Assembly: GCA_905618885.1 (NCBI GenBank)
Contig: CAJQTC010000012.1
Span: 5,352-69,351, forward strand
DNA length: 64,000 nt
DNA from: an uncultured Pelagibacteraceae bacterium
GTDB lineage: Bacteria > Pseudomonadota > Alphaproteobacteria > Pelagibacterales > Pelagibacteraceae
Direction of reading: 5' to 3'
Shown: piece by piece, positions 51,988-62,287 of the stretch
Layout: each line of letters starts with the position of its first letter
Numbering within the stretch: position 1 is the stretch's first letter
Translations under genes and position numbers: made by a program
The notes under the pieces: model-generated
The model's database searches: none
The model's input: the letters and a program-made list of their open reading frames with translations, nothing else
What the model was told of the DNA's origin: nothing

Positions 51988-52042
51988 GTTGAAGGCATAT
52001 GTTTGAAAAGCACATAATCTGATAAAGGTATCGAGCGTTAGA
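51988..52042 (+). pseudogene. Decayed partial copy of tRNA-Ser
   Basis: 36/55 nt identical, ungapped, to 51119-51173 (D-loop to T-loop) by manual alignment. Confidence 0.6.
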
Positions 52043-52118
52043 TGCTACTTCTTAAAGAATCAATTTATACACACACCAAATACGAGTTAAATTTAATTAG
52101 ACGAATCAGTTAATAATG

Positions 52119-52158
52119 TAGATAAGGTGGTGGAGGGAGACTGAAGCCACCTTACCCA
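52119..52158 (-). ncRNA. Candidate structured RNA: GC-rich hairpin with CUCCCUCC loop
   Basis: Minus strand TGGGTAAGGTGG-CTTCAGTCTCCCTCCA-CCACCTTATCTA (12 bp with two G-U); strand not certain. Confidence 0.5.
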
Positions 52159-52160
52159 AG

Positions 52161-52901
52161 CTATATTCTCTTAACAGAAACTACTTCCAAATTAGCTGTT
52201 CTTTTTATTCTTTTAATAGTTTGTGTAATATTCATTACAAGAGTCTTCCTTAGTGGTCCGTAAGCATGAATAAGTGTTTTGTCTGATAACGCTAAAGCTA
52301 CATGACCTTTCCAATAAATAATATCATTCTTTTTTATGTTATATAAATTTATATTTTTTTTAAAAAATTTAGCTTGTTGGTCGCTATCCCTAGGGCAAAA
52401 TTTGTTATTAAAATTTAAACATATTTGCACTAAAGCTGAGCAGTCAATTCCTTCAAAAGTTTTTCCACCCCATTTATATCTCACATTTTTAAATATTTTA
52501 ATATCTTGAAAAATATCTTTATTTTTAAATTTAAGAGGTTTTATATTTTTTATTTCAATCCATTTATTTTGAAATTTAGCAAATTTTGAATTTATTTCAT
52601 CTACTCTAATTTTGGCAACATACGGAAGTGTTCCAATCCTATTTCTAAAATTAGGTTTTTTATAAATATTCGCACTTAAGGTAGAAATCTTATGGGTTGG
52701 CTTTAAATAAGAAATGAATTTTCTTATTCTTATGTAGCCTGTGTATCTATCTTCTTTAATTTCAATCTTTATCCACTTTTTAGATTTGCTAATTATTCTA
52801 AAAGTTTCACCATAAAGCATTTGAGTGACTACCTCTGATTTCGATGTAGGTCTTTTATGTAAATTAACTATTGAAAAATTACTTGAAAAAAGGTTATTCA
52901 T
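52161..52901 (-). CDS. NlpC/P60 peptidoglycan peptidase with SH3-like N-terminus
   Basis: TQMLYGE, YKWGG...GIDCSALVQ, PRDSDQQ, WKGHVA, IHA. Confidence 0.92.
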   Translation of the reverse strand: MNNLFSSNFSIVNLHKRPTSKSEVVTQMLYGETFRIISKSKKWIKIEIKEDRYTGYIRIRKFISYLKPTHKISTLSANIYKKPNFRNRIGTLPYVAKIRVDEINSKFAKFQNKWIEIKNIKPLKFKNKDIFQDIKIFKNVRYKWGGKTFEGIDCSALVQICLNFNNKFCPRDSDQQAKFFKKNINLYNIKKNDIIYWKGHVALALSDKTLIHAYGPLRKTLVMNITQTIKRIKRTANLEVVSVKRI

Positions 52902-54249
52902 TTAAATTCAATTTTTTCCTAATTAAAAACAAGCAAATCAATGAAGGAATTACCATTAAGGCTGTAATAATAAAAAATATAATCCAATTTCCATTCAACC
53001 AATCAACCATCATGCCCGAAGAAGAAGCAAAAAGAGTTCTACCTGCGGTACCAATTGAAGCAAGAAGAGCGTACTGAGTTGCAGTATAATTTCTATCAAC
53101 TAAAGCTGAAATAAAACCCACGAAAGCAACAGTCGCAAATGCAGCAGCTAAATCATCTATTAGAACGGTAAATGCAAACAAGATTTCAGAATTACCAACC
53201 CAAGCTAAAAGAGAGAATAAAATATTTGTTAAGGCCATAAACACTCCAGACAAAAACATAGCTTTAATTAAACCCATGCGCACTGCAAACAATCCACCAA
53301 GCAAAGTAAACGTAACTGTAGTTAGCCAGCCTATCCCTTTTGAATATAACGCTATATCAGTTTTAGAAAACCCAATTTCTTTATAAAATACTAGAGACAT
53401 TCTTCCAAGAAAAGCTTCTCCAATCTTAAATAAAAAAACAAAACCTAGTATTGATAAAGCTACATTAATTGTATTTTTTTTAAAAAAACTGGATAAAGGA
53501 TAAATTATAGCGCCATAAAGCCAAGCAAAACTTTTAGTAAAGACATTAAAAATTCCAATTTTATATAATATTTTATGATCAGCAATATTTTGAGAGATTA
53601 TTTTTTTTTTAGAATTTTTTTCTGGTATCAAAAGTAAGCCTATACTGCAGAAAGCAATGATTCCTGAAAGTATTAAAAAAGAAATTTGCCAATAATTTTC
53701 TATCCCTTGTTTCTGAAGTATGTCAGCGCTCAGTAAAGATACCAAACCGCCAATTTTATAACCTGTCCACCAACCAACTACTGATACTGCCGCTCCTGCA
53801 GCTAAGAGATTCTTTTCATTTTCTCCTATTTGTTCAATTCTTAAAGCGTCAATTGTTATATCTTGAGTGGCAGAAGATATCGCAATACCTAATCCCACTG
53901 CAATTACTAACCATAAATTTTTAGTAGGATCTAACAAACTCCAGATTAACAAAGAAATAAAAATAATTAGCTGCATTAAAATTATCCAGGATTTTCTATG
54001 ACCTATTTTTTTTGATAAAAATGGTAGATGTAATCGATCAATTAACGGAGCCCATAAAAAATTAATTGCATATACACCAAAAATTAACCCAGCCCATCCA
54101 ATTGTAGATCTGCTTAAGTCATTTTCTTTTAACCACAAACTTAAAGCACTGCCTATTAATACCCAAGGAAAACCACTCATTATTCCAAGTAATAAAATTC
54201 TTAACATTCTTCGATCTAAATAAGGTTTAATAAAATTTGATAAATCCAT
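52894..54249 (-). CDS. ampG: AmpG-like MFS muropeptide permease
   Basis: LGIMSGFP, FLWAPLID, SATQDITIDA, ATQYALL. Confidence 0.9.
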   Translation of the reverse strand: MDLSNFIKPYLDRRMLRILLLGIMSGFPWVLIGSALSLWLKENDLSRSTIGWAGLIFGVYAINFLWAPLIDRLHLPFLSKKIGHRKSWIILMQLIIFISLLIWSLLDPTKNLWLVIAVGLGIAISSATQDITIDALRIEQIGENEKNLLAAGAAVSVVGWWTGYKIGGLVSLLSADILQKQGIENYWQISFLILSGIIAFCSIGLLLIPEKNSKKKIISQNIADHKILYKIGIFNVFTKSFAWLYGAIIYPLSSFFKKNTINVALSILGFVFLFKIGEAFLGRMSLVFYKEIGFSKTDIALYSKGIGWLTTVTFTLLGGLFAVRMGLIKAMFLSGVFMALTNILFSLLAWVGNSEILFAFTVLIDDLAAAFATVAFVGFISALVDRNYTATQYALLASIGTAGRTLFASSSGMMVDWLNGNWIIFFIITALMVIPSLICLFLIRKKLNLNE

Positions 54250-54255
54250 TTTAAT

Positions 54256-55710
54256 CTAATCCCTCCAAAATGACGGAAAAAACAATATTAAGACTGCAAA
54301 TAATTCCAATCTTCCAAGTAGCATAGCAAATGATAATATCCACTTAGAGACTTCTGGTATAGACTTAAAGTTTCCATTTGGCCCTATCACCTCACCAAGA
54401 CCAGGGCCTACATTTGATATCGATGTCGCTGCACCAGAAATCGAAGACAAGAAGTCAAGGCCAGTCACCGAAAGTAACATGGCAGTTAAAATAAATATAA
54501 ACAAATAAGCAAAAATAAAAATAATTATAGAACTCATATAATCATCTGTAATTTTTTGATTATTATATTTCAGAATAAATATATTATTTGGATAAATTAT
54601 TTTTTTAATTTGATTGTTTACATATAAGAACAATAGCTGAAATCTAAATATTTTTATACCACAAGCCGTAGATCCCGCACATCCTCCCACAAACATTAAA
54701 AATAGAAAAAAAATTAATGGAAATTTCCCCCATAGACTAAAATCATTTGTTACATATCCAGTTCCTGATAAAATAGACACAACATTAAAGGAAGCTATCC
54801 TTATTTTCTCAATTAGTAAATTGTCATTGTCATTGTTATTAAATAATAAATATAAAAACATAATTAAAGTAGAAAAAATAAAAAGATAAACCAAGCCCCT
54901 AATTTGTATGTCTTGAAAAAAAATTTTTTTATTTCCTTTTATAAATTTTAAATAAGAAATAAATGGTATACTTCCTGAAATAATAAATATCGTAGCAACT
55001 ATTTCTATATTTGAATTTTTGAAATAACCTATAGATTGATTGTGTGTTGAGAAACCACCCGTTGCAATTGTTGTCATCGCGTGAGCAACACTGTCAAAAA
55101 TATTCATTCCAAGAATTTTGTAAAAAAAGGCACAAGAGAAAGTCAAAACTAAATATATAGAAATTATAATAAAAGCAACTTGGGTAGCTCTCGGTAAAAT
55201 TTTTTCTGGTTTGTCTGAGCTTTCTATTTTAAATAATTGCATACCACCAACTTTTAAAAGAGGCAGGACAGTAATAGCCATTACAATTATTCCGACTCCT
55301 CCAAGCCACTGCATAATAGCTCTCCAAAGTAATATACTTTTAGGTGACGAATCTAAATCTACAATAACAGTAGAACCAGTAGTAGTTATTCCAGACATAC
55401 TTTCAAAAAATGAGTCACTAAAAGAAAAATTAAGATCAGAAAGAACAAAAGGTATCGAACCAAAAAAAGCTATTGCGATCCATGTAAAAGTTGAAAAAAA
55501 AAATGTTTGCTTAAGATTCAATTGATATTTTTCTTGTAAGTTAGCTAGCACAAACATAGTACCAATTAAAATTGTAATAAATGAAGATGATAGAAAGCTG
55601 TGACTATTCTCTTTATAAAATAATTGCACTCCGTAAGGGATCAACATAAAGAAACCTAGGACAATTAATAAAGTTCCAATTATAAAAAAAACAGTTTTGT
55701 TCGAAGTCAT
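54256..55710 (-). CDS. trkH: Trk potassium uptake membrane protein
   Basis: FESMSGITTTG, QWLGG, ATGGFS, GGCAGST, ISNVGPG, GRLE. Confidence 0.95.
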   Translation of the reverse strand: MTSNKTVFFIIGTLLIVLGFFMLIPYGVQLFYKENSHSFLSSSFITILIGTMFVLANLQEKYQLNLKQTFFFSTFTWIAIAFFGSIPFVLSDLNFSFSDSFFESMSGITTTGSTVIVDLDSSPKSILLWRAIMQWLGGVGIIVMAITVLPLLKVGGMQLFKIESSDKPEKILPRATQVAFIIISIYLVLTFSCAFFYKILGMNIFDSVAHAMTTIATGGFSTHNQSIGYFKNSNIEIVATIFIISGSIPFISYLKFIKGNKKIFFQDIQIRGLVYLFIFSTLIMFLYLLFNNNDNDNLLIEKIRIASFNVVSILSGTGYVTNDFSLWGKFPLIFFLFLMFVGGCAGSTACGIKIFRFQLLFLYVNNQIKKIIYPNNIFILKYNNQKITDDYMSSIIIFIFAYLFIFILTAMLLSVTGLDFLSSISGAATSISNVGPGLGEVIGPNGNFKSIPEVSKWILSFAMLLGRLELFAVLILFFPSFWRD

Positions 55711-55804
55711 GATAAAAATAGATTATTTAAATGCCTATGAAATTCAACTTATTATCTTGTAATTATATCTGTATTTTAACTATAAAATTTAATAAACCAC
55801 TCTT

Positions 55805-57373
55805 ATGCTTGATGCTAATTTAATTCAATCAACTTCTTCCTGGCCTTTTGTAGAAATTAGAAAACTTTTAAAAGGCAGAAGAGATTTAATAAAATCCAAA
55901 AACAAAATAACCTTTCAAACTGGTTATGGTCCAAGTGGCCTACCGCATATTGGAACATTTGCCGAAGTAGCTAGAACTACAATGATGATAAATGCTTTAA
56001 ATCATATTGAAAATATCGAGACTGATCTTATAACTTTTTCGGATGACATGGACGGTTTAAGGAAAGTACCGGACAACATACCAAACAGTAAAATACTTCA
56101 TGAAAATCTTGGCAAGCCTTTAAGTAGTATTCCAGATCCATTTAATAAATTTGACAGCTTCGGAAAACACAATAATGAAATGCTTAAAGATTTTTTAAAT
56201 AAATTTAATTTTAAATTTAATTTCAAGAGTTCTACCGAAAATTATAAAAGTGGGAAATTTAATAATTCGTTAATACGTGTTTTAGAGAAATATGATGAAA
56301 TTATGGAAATTATTTTACCAACTTTAAGGAGTGAAAGAAAAAAAACATACTGTCCATTCTTACCAATATGCCCAACTACAGGTAAAGTTTTAGAAATAGC
56401 CCTTTTAGAAATGAATAAAAAAAATGGTACAGTTATCTTTGATAACAATGGAAAAAAATTAGAAACTCAAATAATAAATGGAAATTGTAAATTACAATGG
56501 AAAGTAGATTGGGCTATGAGATGGTTTACTTTTGATGTTGATTTTGAAATGTATGGAAAAGATTTAACTGAAAGTGCGATACTTTCGAATAAAATTTGTA
56601 AAACTTTAGGTAAAAGACCGCCAAATGGATTTGCTTATGAATTATTTTTAGATGAAAAAGGTGAAAAGATATCTAAATCAAAAGGAAATGGAATTACAAT
56701 AGACCAATGGTTAAGATATGCGTCACCTGAAAGTTTATCACTTTATATGTACCAAAATCCAACACGGGCAAAAAAATTATACTCCGATGTTGTTCCAAAA
56801 GCAGTTGATGAATATCTTTCATTAATTGAAAATTTTCCCAAACAAGAAATGAGAGAGAAATTACTGAATCCGGTTTGGCATGTTCACCATGGCAATCCTC
56901 CTAAAGAAGAAATAGTTATGACTTTTTCTATGCTTTTAAATTTAGTAGGTTCTAGTAACGCTGAAAATAAAGAAATTTTATGGAAGTTTATACAGAGGTT
57001 CCACCCCGATATTAAGCCAGAGAACTATCCTATTCTTGATCAACTAACTGAATATGCAATCAATTATTTTAGAGATAAAGTGGAACCGAATAAAAAGTAC
57101 AAAGTTCCTGATGAGAATGAAAAAAAAGCTCTTGTAAATTTAACAAAAAAACTTGAGTCAATTACGCAGGACATGAAACCAGAAGACATACAAACGATAA
57201 TATATTCAACGGGAAAAGAAAATGGATATGAAAAAAAATTGAGAGAATGGTTTGTATTAATTTATGAAGTACTTTTTGGAAATGAAGACGGACCAAGAAT
57301 GGGTTTTTTTATAAGCTTTTTTGGCGTTAAAGAAACAATTAAATTAATTAATCAAAAAATAAAAGACAAATAA
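55805..57373 (+). CDS. lysS: Class I lysine-tRNA ligase
   Basis: TGYGPSGLPHIGT, KLQWKVDW, KISKSKGN, GPRMG. Confidence 0.96.
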   Translation: MLDANLIQSTSSWPFVEIRKLLKGRRDLIKSKNKITFQTGYGPSGLPHIGTFAEVARTTMMINALNHIENIETDLITFSDDMDGLRKVPDNIPNSKILHENLGKPLSSIPDPFNKFDSFGKHNNEMLKDFLNKFNFKFNFKSSTENYKSGKFNNSLIRVLEKYDEIMEIILPTLRSERKKTYCPFLPICPTTGKVLEIALLEMNKKNGTVIFDNNGKKLETQIINGNCKLQWKVDWAMRWFTFDVDFEMYGKDLTESAILSNKICKTLGKRPPNGFAYELFLDEKGEKISKSKGNGITIDQWLRYASPESLSLYMYQNPTRAKKLYSDVVPKAVDEYLSLIENFPKQEMREKLLNPVWHVHHGNPPKEEIVMTFSMLLNLVGSSNAENKEILWKFIQRFHPDIKPENYPILDQLTEYAINYFRDKVEPNKKYKVPDENEKKALVNLTKKLESITQDMKPEDIQTIIYSTGKENGYEKKLREWFVLIYEVLFGNEDGPRMGFFISFFGVKETIKLINQKIKDK

Positions 57374-58420
57374 ATGTTTTCACTTTTAAGACCTTATATT
57401 TTTGGCTTAGATCCAGAAGTTGCTCATGATTTAGCAATTAAATCTTTAAAACTGAATCTTATACCAAAAAGCTTCTTCAAAGTTGATGGTGAAGAAATAC
57501 TAGCTACAGAAATATTTAAAAAAAAATTAAAAAACCCAATAGGGTTAGCGGCTGGTTTTGATAAAAGTGCTGAAGTTTACAATTCATTATTTAAGATTGG
57601 TTTTGGTTTTGTTGAAGTTGGAACAATAACACCCGAAAGCCAATTAGGAAATTCTAAACCTAGAGTATTTAGACTTGAAAAAGATAAAGCAATGATAAAT
57701 AGATTAGGTTTTAATAACGATGGGGTAGAAATAGTTTCTAATCGTTTAGCTGAAAGCCCACCAGAAGATTTTTTAGGAATTAATATAGGTCCAAATAAAA
57801 ATACAAAAGATAAAACTTTAGATTTCATTAAATGTTTTGACGGACTAAACAAACTAGCTAATTACGTTACTATTAACATTTCTTCTCCAAACACAGAAGG
57901 CTTAAGAGACTTTCATGAAGAAAAACTATTATCTGGTCTTCTAAGTAAGATTAACAAATTTAAAAAAGATAAAAAGATTAAATGTCCAATAGTCTTAAAA
58001 ATTTCTCCTGACATAGAAGAAAAAGAAATTAGTAATATAAATGAATTAATATTAAAATTTAAGATTGATGGAGTAATACTAACAAATACTTCAAATCAAA
58101 ATAGAGAAAATTTATCTGACACAAAAAGAAATGAGGCAGGCGGTTTATCTGGACTACCATTGCAAAAAATATCATCGAAATTTATTAAAATTTTTTACAA
58201 ATCTAACAAGGGAAGAGTACCTATTATTGGTGTTGGGGGTATTGATAGCGGGCAAAGTGCTTTCGAAAAAATTACAGCTGGAGCAACGTTAATTCAGCTC
58301 TATACCGGAATGGTTTACAAAGGTCCCGGTGTAGTAAAAAATATCAAAAAAGAATTAATTGAAATTTTAAAAAAAGAAAAAATAAGTAATATTCAACAAG
58401 CTATTGGAATTAGTTCTTAA
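57374..58420 (+). CDS. pyrD: Dihydroorotate dehydrogenase (quinone)
   Basis: GLAAGFDK, INRLGFNN, NISSPNT, GGLSG. Confidence 0.96.
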   Translation: MFSLLRPYIFGLDPEVAHDLAIKSLKLNLIPKSFFKVDGEEILATEIFKKKLKNPIGLAAGFDKSAEVYNSLFKIGFGFVEVGTITPESQLGNSKPRVFRLEKDKAMINRLGFNNDGVEIVSNRLAESPPEDFLGINIGPNKNTKDKTLDFIKCFDGLNKLANYVTINISSPNTEGLRDFHEEKLLSGLLSKINKFKKDKKIKCPIVLKISPDIEEKEISNINELILKFKIDGVILTNTSNQNRENLSDTKRNEAGGLSGLPLQKISSKFIKIFYKSNKGRVPIIGVGGIDSGQSAFEKITAGATLIQLYTGMVYKGPGVVKNIKKELIEILKKEKISNIQQAIGISS

Positions 58421-59493
58421 TTTTTTTTTGAATATCTAAAGTGATGAATTAATTCTCTAATATAGGAAAAAATAAAACCGGCAAAAACTACAAACACAAC
58501 AGATAAAGAAGCATAAATTATCGGTGAGTTTTTTGCTAAATTTATTACTAAAAGAGTTAGTTCAGAATTAAAATCATGTGTAGGTATGATTCTTAAAAGA
58601 TCGGCACTTTTATTAAATATAAATGTTTTTACACCCATAAAAATTCCAATCGCAATTAATAGAATAGCTAACAATGCTTTATACTCTGAAGCATTTAATT
58701 TTTCAGAAATTTTTAAACCTATATGCAAACCTATAATTGATCCAAATAATAAAAAAGAAACCAATACAAGATCAATAGACTTAAACTGTACAGCATGTGC
58801 AATAACCACAAATCCTGTGATAAAAATAGTAACGAACAAAGAAGTTCCCGGAATTAATTTAGTTGGCATACCAATTAAATAAATCATTGCTGGAACCATT
58901 AAGAAAGCTCCACCAATTCCCATGATAGATGCAAATAAACCAACAATAAATCCCAAGATGATCGGTGTTAATGCGCTTTCATATACTTTAGACTTACTAA
59001 ATCGTATTCTAAACGGGAGTCCATGAATCCAATAATGTGTATGTAATTTTTTTTTAAGTATTATTTTTTTTTTTAAAGCAGTTACTTCTTTAATTCCTTC
59101 AGCAAAAATAAGTGTTCCTATTATTACTAACAAGTAAACATAAAGCAATGCTATGATTGTATTAATATTACCAATTTCTCGTAGATATTTAAAAATTTGC
59201 ATTCCTAAAATAGCTCCAGCAAGTCCACCAATCACAATCATAAAGCCCATTTTGTAATCTAAAGTTTTTTTATACCAGTGAGTGGTAGCCCCAGAAACTG
59301 ATATCCCTAAAACAGTATTAGCAACATTAGCCACAGCATACGTCGCTGGTATTCCTAAAAAAATAAGAATAGGGGTCATTAAAACACCTCCGCCTATACC
59401 AAATATTCCTGATAAAAAACCAACGGCAAAGCTTAAAATTAAAATTGTAATGATGCTAATTTGTACTTGTGCAATAGGTAAGTAAAAGTCCAT
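58417..59493 (-). CDS. Sulfite exporter TauE/SafE family membrane protein
   Basis: GIFGIGGG..MTP and IMGIGGAFLMVP repeats, GTSLF. Confidence 0.88.
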   Translation of the reverse strand: MDFYLPIAQVQISIITILILSFAVGFLSGIFGIGGGVLMTPILIFLGIPATYAVANVANTVLGISVSGATTHWYKKTLDYKMGFMIVIGGLAGAILGMQIFKYLREIGNINTIIALLYVYLLVIIGTLIFAEGIKEVTALKKKIILKKKLHTHYWIHGLPFRIRFSKSKVYESALTPIILGFIVGLFASIMGIGGAFLMVPAMIYLIGMPTKLIPGTSLFVTIFITGFVVIAHAVQFKSIDLVLVSFLLFGSIIGLHIGLKISEKLNASEYKALLAILLIAIGIFMGVKTFIFNKSADLLRIIPTHDFNSELTLLVINLAKNSPIIYASLSVVFVVFAGFIFSYIRELIHHFRYSKKN

Positions 59494-59587
59494 TAAATTT
59501 CTTATTATTTGGTTGTTTCATTGTCAATCTAGATATATTAACTTGATTATACTAAACACAAGAATTATATAACTGTCACACTTATTT

Positions 59588-59866
59588 ATGTCTAAAAGAT
59601 GCGAACTTACAGGAGTATCACCTTTAAAGGGTCACAACGTTAGTCATTCTAACAATAAGACCAAAAGAAGATTTTTACCTAATCTAAAAAAAGTTACTTT
59701 TAAAAGTGATAAATTAAAAAAAAATATTTCATTAAAAGTTACAAATGCAGCGGTACGCTCCGTCGATTTTAAAGGCGGTCTTGACCAGTATTTAAAATCA
59801 GTAAAAAAAAAAAAACTTTCAAGAAAAGCCCAGAAATTGAAAATCAGTATTAACGTGACAGTTTAG
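59588..59866 (+). CDS. rpmB: 50S ribosomal protein L28
   Basis: MSKRCELTG, GHNVSHSNNKTKRRFLPN. Confidence 0.98.
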   Translation: MSKRCELTGVSPLKGHNVSHSNNKTKRRFLPNLKKVTFKSDKLKKNISLKVTNAAVRSVDFKGGLDQYLKSVKKKKLSRKAQKLKISINVTV

Positions 59867-60453
59867 TGCCTACAGACTTCAAGCCCAATAGAAATTTATT
59901 CATAATTCTCTCATTTACTATGGGAGTAGTAATAATTATTTCAAACTATTTAGTTCAATTTCCGATAAATAAATTTAATTTACAAAATGTATTAACTTAT
60001 GGCGCGTTTAGTTATCCTATAACATTTCTAATCACCGATTTAGCAAATAGAAGATTTGGAAAAGAAAAAGCTAGAAAATTAGTATATTTTGGTTTTATAT
60101 TTGGAATTTTATTAACGCTTTTTGTTTCTACAAATTTTGAAGATGTTATATCAATCAGAATAGCCATAGGATCAGGTGTGGCTTTTCTAGTCGCTCAACT
60201 TATAGATATAGAAATTTTTCAAAAATTTAGAAATAATATTTGGTTTGTAGCACCAGTGACCTCATCAATCTTTGGTTCAATTATTGATACGTTTTTATTT
60301 TTTTCAATTTCTTTTTTAGGAACAGGTATCCCTTGGGTGACACTTGCTTTTGGAGATTTATTTGTAAAAATTTTAATGGCATTCCTGATGTTAATACCTT
60401 TTAGATTATTAATAATAAAAATAGCTGATAAAAATAAAAGAAAATTTTCTTAA
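59866..60453 (+). CDS. Queuosine precursor transporter (YhhQ/VUT family)
   Basis: SNYLVQ, YPITFLITDL, RIAIGS..AFLVAQLID, DTFLF. Confidence 0.9.
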   Translation: MPTDFKPNRNLFIILSFTMGVVIIISNYLVQFPINKFNLQNVLTYGAFSYPITFLITDLANRRFGKEKARKLVYFGFIFGILLTLFVSTNFEDVISIRIAIGSGVAFLVAQLIDIEIFQKFRNNIWFVAPVTSSIFGSIIDTFLFFSISFLGTGIPWVTLAFGDLFVKILMAFLMLIPFRLLIIKIADKNKRKFS

Positions 60454-60490
60454 ATATATTATAGTTAGCTAGTTAAAAAAAAATATTAAT

Positions 60491-62287
60491 TTAGTGAATA
60501 GTTTTTTTCCTATCTTCACTAAACAAGTCTGTTAGTTGATTGATCATAACATCCCCAAGATCTTGAACGTCTGCAATTTTAATTGCTTTATTATAATATC
60601 TTGTTACGTCATGACCAATACCAATAGCCAATAACTCTACAGAAGAACTTTTTTCTATCCATTTTACCGTTTGTTTCAGATTATTTTCCAAAAAGTCACT
60701 TGCATTTGTAGACAAAGTAGAATCATCTACTGGTGCGCCATCTGATATAACCATTAATATTTTTCTTTCTTCTTTTCTTTTGAGAATTTTACTGTAGGCC
60801 CATCTTAAAGCTTCACCATCAATATTTTCTTTTAAAAGTCCCTCCTTAAGCATTAGACCCATATTATTTTTTGATTGCCTCCACAAAGTGTCAGCAGATT
60901 TATAGATTATATGTCTTAAATCATTTAAGCGCCCAGGAAATACTGGTTTTTGATTATCAGTCCACTTTTCTCTGCTTTGTCCACCTTTCCAATGTTTAGT
61001 AGTGAAGCCTAAAATCTCAACTTTAACAGAACATCTTTCCAGAGTTCTCGCCAAAATATCAGCACATATCGCTGCTACTGAAATTGGTTTTCCTCGCATG
61101 GATCCAGAATTATCAATTAGAATAGTCACCAAAGTATCTTTAAATTTGATATCTTTTTCTTTTTTAAAAGAAAGTGAATTAAGAGGGTCTATAATAACTC
61201 TTGTCAATTTTGAAGTATCTAGAGAACCTTCTTCCAAATCAAACTCCCATGACCTATTTTGCTTTGCCAGTAGCTTCCTTTGTAATTTGTTAGCCAACTT
61301 AGAGATAAAATTTTTTAAACCTAGTAATTGTTGGTCTAAGTTCTGTCTTAACCTCAAAAGTTCTTCTTTACTTTCCAATTCTTCTGCAAAAATAATTTCA
61401 TCGAATTCTTGAGTATAAGATTTATATTTTGAGTCTCCAAAATTTTTATTTGACCTTTTACTATTTTTTGGAGAATTAAGAAGATCTTCGTCTTCACTAA
61501 TTTCAATTTCTTTATCACTTTCAGTCGATGGTTGATCGACATCTGATAAATTTGCATCAATAGTCATCTCATTACTTTCATTATCTTTAGAGCTTTGATT
61601 GTTTTCATCTTTAGCTGTGTTTTCTAAACTATCTGTATTTTTTTGACTTTCTTCTTTTTCACTAGAGTCAGTGTTATCATCTATTTTTAATTGTGAAATT
61701 ATCTTTGAAATTAAAGAATTGAATTTTTTCTGATCTAAAAGTGATCTATTTAGCATCTCCAATTTGTCTTTTAATTTAGTGTCTAATTCTTTTTTATATT
61801 TTTTATAACTATGATCTAAATCTTTATTTTTATTAAATTTTGAAATATTACTTCTCAAATAGTACTCAAAAGCATCTAAAAATTCATTATTACTATTTTC
61901 AATATTTTTTTTATTTTTATTTTCGTAAAAGAAATTTAAATTTTTCTTAATACCTTTAAAATATAAAGACCCAATATTTTCATATCTAATTTTTTCAGCA
62001 GCGGCGTACAGTAATTTTGAAGTATTACCCTGGGGCTCAAATAAATTATAAATATTTACATCTGAACATTTTAACCTTAAAGCCTCAGAGTCTGCTAAGG
62101 CTCGAGTTTTCATATAATCAATCTTATTATTTATATTTTTAAGGCTTGGTAGGTAGATAGTTTTTTTGTTATTTTTATTTACTTCGTTACCGAATATTAT
62201 TTCTATCTTTTGGCTTCCAATTATTGATTTAATTGTAGATGTAATTGCTTTTTTGAAATTTTCTAATATCTCAGTATTTTTCTCCAT
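60491..62287 (-). CDS. cobT: CobT-like vWA-domain protein
   Basis: Acidic linker, [37 protein letters not shown]. Confidence 0.9.
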   Translation of the reverse strand: MEKNTEILENFKKAITSTIKSIIGSQKIEIIFGNEVNKNNKKTIYLPSLKNINNKIDYMKTRALADSEALRLKCSDVNIYNLFEPQGNTSKLLYAAAEKIRYENIGSLYFKGIKKNLNFFYENKNKKNIENSNNEFLDAFEYYLRSNISKFNKNKDLDHSYKKYKKELDTKLKDKLEMLNRSLLDQKKFNSLISKIISQLKIDDNTDSSEKEESQKNTDSLENTAKDENNQSSKDNESNEMTIDANLSDVDQPSTESDKEIEISEDEDLLNSPKNSKRSNKNFGDSKYKSYTQEFDEIIFAEELESKEELLRLRQNLDQQLLGLKNFISKLANKLQRKLLAKQNRSWEFDLEEGSLDTSKLTRVIIDPLNSLSFKKEKDIKFKDTLVTILIDNSGSMRGKPISVAAICADILARTLERCSVKVEILGFTTKHWKGGQSREKWTDNQKPVFPGRLNDLRHIIYKSADTLWRQSKNNMGLMLKEGLLKENIDGEALRWAYSKILKRKEERKILMVISDGAPVDDSTLSTNASDFLENNLKQTVKWIEKSSSVELLAIGIGHDVTRYYNKAIKIADVQDLGDVMINQLTDLFSEDRKKTIH

